This document shows, piece after piece, positions 62,728-64,000 of a stretch of 64,000 nt of DNA. This stretch comes from Marsupella aquatica (Eukaryota; Plantae; Marchantiophyta). Within the stretch, counting starts at the first letter, position 1. Each line of letters opens with the position of its first letter. A model generated the notes under the pieces. The model saw only the letters and a list, made by a program, of their open reading frames with translations, was not told the origin of the DNA and searched no databases. The DNA lies in contig OZ316894.1 of NCBI GenBank assembly GCA_973895155.1, positions 15,802,699 through 15,866,698 on the forward strand, written 5' to 3'. The translations under genes and the position numbers were made by a program.

Positions 62728-64000
62728 ATCCGATGCCTTTCTCCGTCCTATCTAGCTCAACCCTCCTTCAATTCAATCCCAAAGTGTTCAGGAGCTGTGG
62801 TAGAAGTACGAAAACCTGCCTAAGTCTTCGACCATTTGAAACCGAGGGAACTTCTACATGTCAGAGTTTGAGCAAGCCCGGAGACAGAAACGGCGAATTC
62901 TCCCAACCAGAATTTTGAGCAACGCACAGCATGCAGGTTGACTTCGTCAATGGTTCCAATTTTGTCCCCAGTGGCCAATGAATTCAATGATCCCATTCTT
63001 CGAAAGACGATCGATTGAGCACCAGAAATATCAGCTCAAGTTCTCACCAGCAACGCATTATATAATCAGCAAACTCCTCCTCCGCATTACGCAGCCCCTG
63101 ATATAAAAGGTTACGTGACTTTCCAAGACTTCATAGAGAGTACTCGTAACCCGTGTCCACTGTTCTCGTCTGCCACCTCTACGTGATGACTGACGAAATG
63201 TCTCGTCAACGAAGGACAAGTCGGGGACCGCAAGCGCACCATTTACCGTTCCTCCAGCCGACAGCTTCACGTAATTAATGATGACAGGGACCAGAACATT
63301 ATGAGTCACAATACCACGCAAGTACACACATACCCCGAACACGAGAGAGATGGGAAGGGAGGGAGGGACACAGGCTGCCCGTCACCCTGATGTGAATAAT
63401 ATTCAAGGAAATCCCTCCACGACACCGGTTACCACGTTCACATCACAAGTCCAAAGGTCGGTAGCGTGAGATTCCTGCTCTCTCGAGTCTTCAGAAGCAA
63501 CCTACGGTACATGCACGGCACATTGCGCACAAGAACGAAAATCCACGAAGACGGACGAAATGGCCACAAATCCCGGAGCAATTGTGCAGGCCTCAGGACG
63601 CCTATTCCCGGCCATGACGAGCAGCAGCAGCGGACCAGGAACAGAGCAGGTCCACTCCTACTAGTAGGTCAGAAGTATATACCGTCGAAGTAGAAGGTGG
63701 CCCAGATGAGGCACATGAAGCCGAAGCATACGCATCGCCTGTATCAGAGCAGCCACACCTTGCAACAACCGACCCATCTTTCTCTCTCTCTCTGGCGCGC
63801 TCTCTCGCTAATGGAATAAAAATCTCTCTCGCTTCGAAAGGAAAACCGGACGAAGAATGGGATACCGGGAAGAAAGAACACGAAAGAGAAACCAAACGGA
63901 ACAGGACTGATGTTCTAAAGCAACGCAATTCTCGAAGAGAGAGAATCCAAATGGCTTCAAGATCGCTGAAAGACAAGAGAAGAAACGGCTGCGGCAGCTT

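Noticed and set aside
63058-63976. ORFs upstream of the DUF3537 gene
   Set aside because: GA/CT-rich sequence consistent with promoter or 5'UTR; translations are uninformative.

Overview
Eukaryotic, intron-containing land-plant DNA. It looks bryophyte/liverwort-like, but that is inference only. Host genes: an equilibrative nucleoside transporter (left edge, - strand), a divergent NAC-domain gene (~50.8-52.3 kb, +) and a DUF3537 membrane-protein gene (60.7-62.7 kb, -). Most of 7.2-39.1 kb is three TSD-delimited insertions packed into <1 kb of ancestral sequence. (1) An 11.75-kb PIF/Harbinger-superfamily element with an ATT TSD (Pangu-like). Besides its transposase and Myb/SANT-like partner, it carries an RPA70-C-like OB-fold gene and a ~1000-codon extra gene. 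(2) A 2.1-kb solo LTR. (3) A 17.3-kb CACTA element with an apparently intact transposase, a TnpA-like gene and a co-oriented cassette of stand-alone cargo genes: EDM2-type PHD cluster, tandem BRCT, F-box and a Cys/His-rich ORF. The CACTA splits an RFWD3-like WD40 remnant. The right half holds a Mutator-like MITE, a copia-type solo LTR, an 8-bp-TSD MITE family and small repeats. The best candidates for a new system are the transposon-borne chromatin-reader/ubiquitin/ssDNA-binding cargo sets. All protein assignments are by eye from remembered family motifs, not from database searches.
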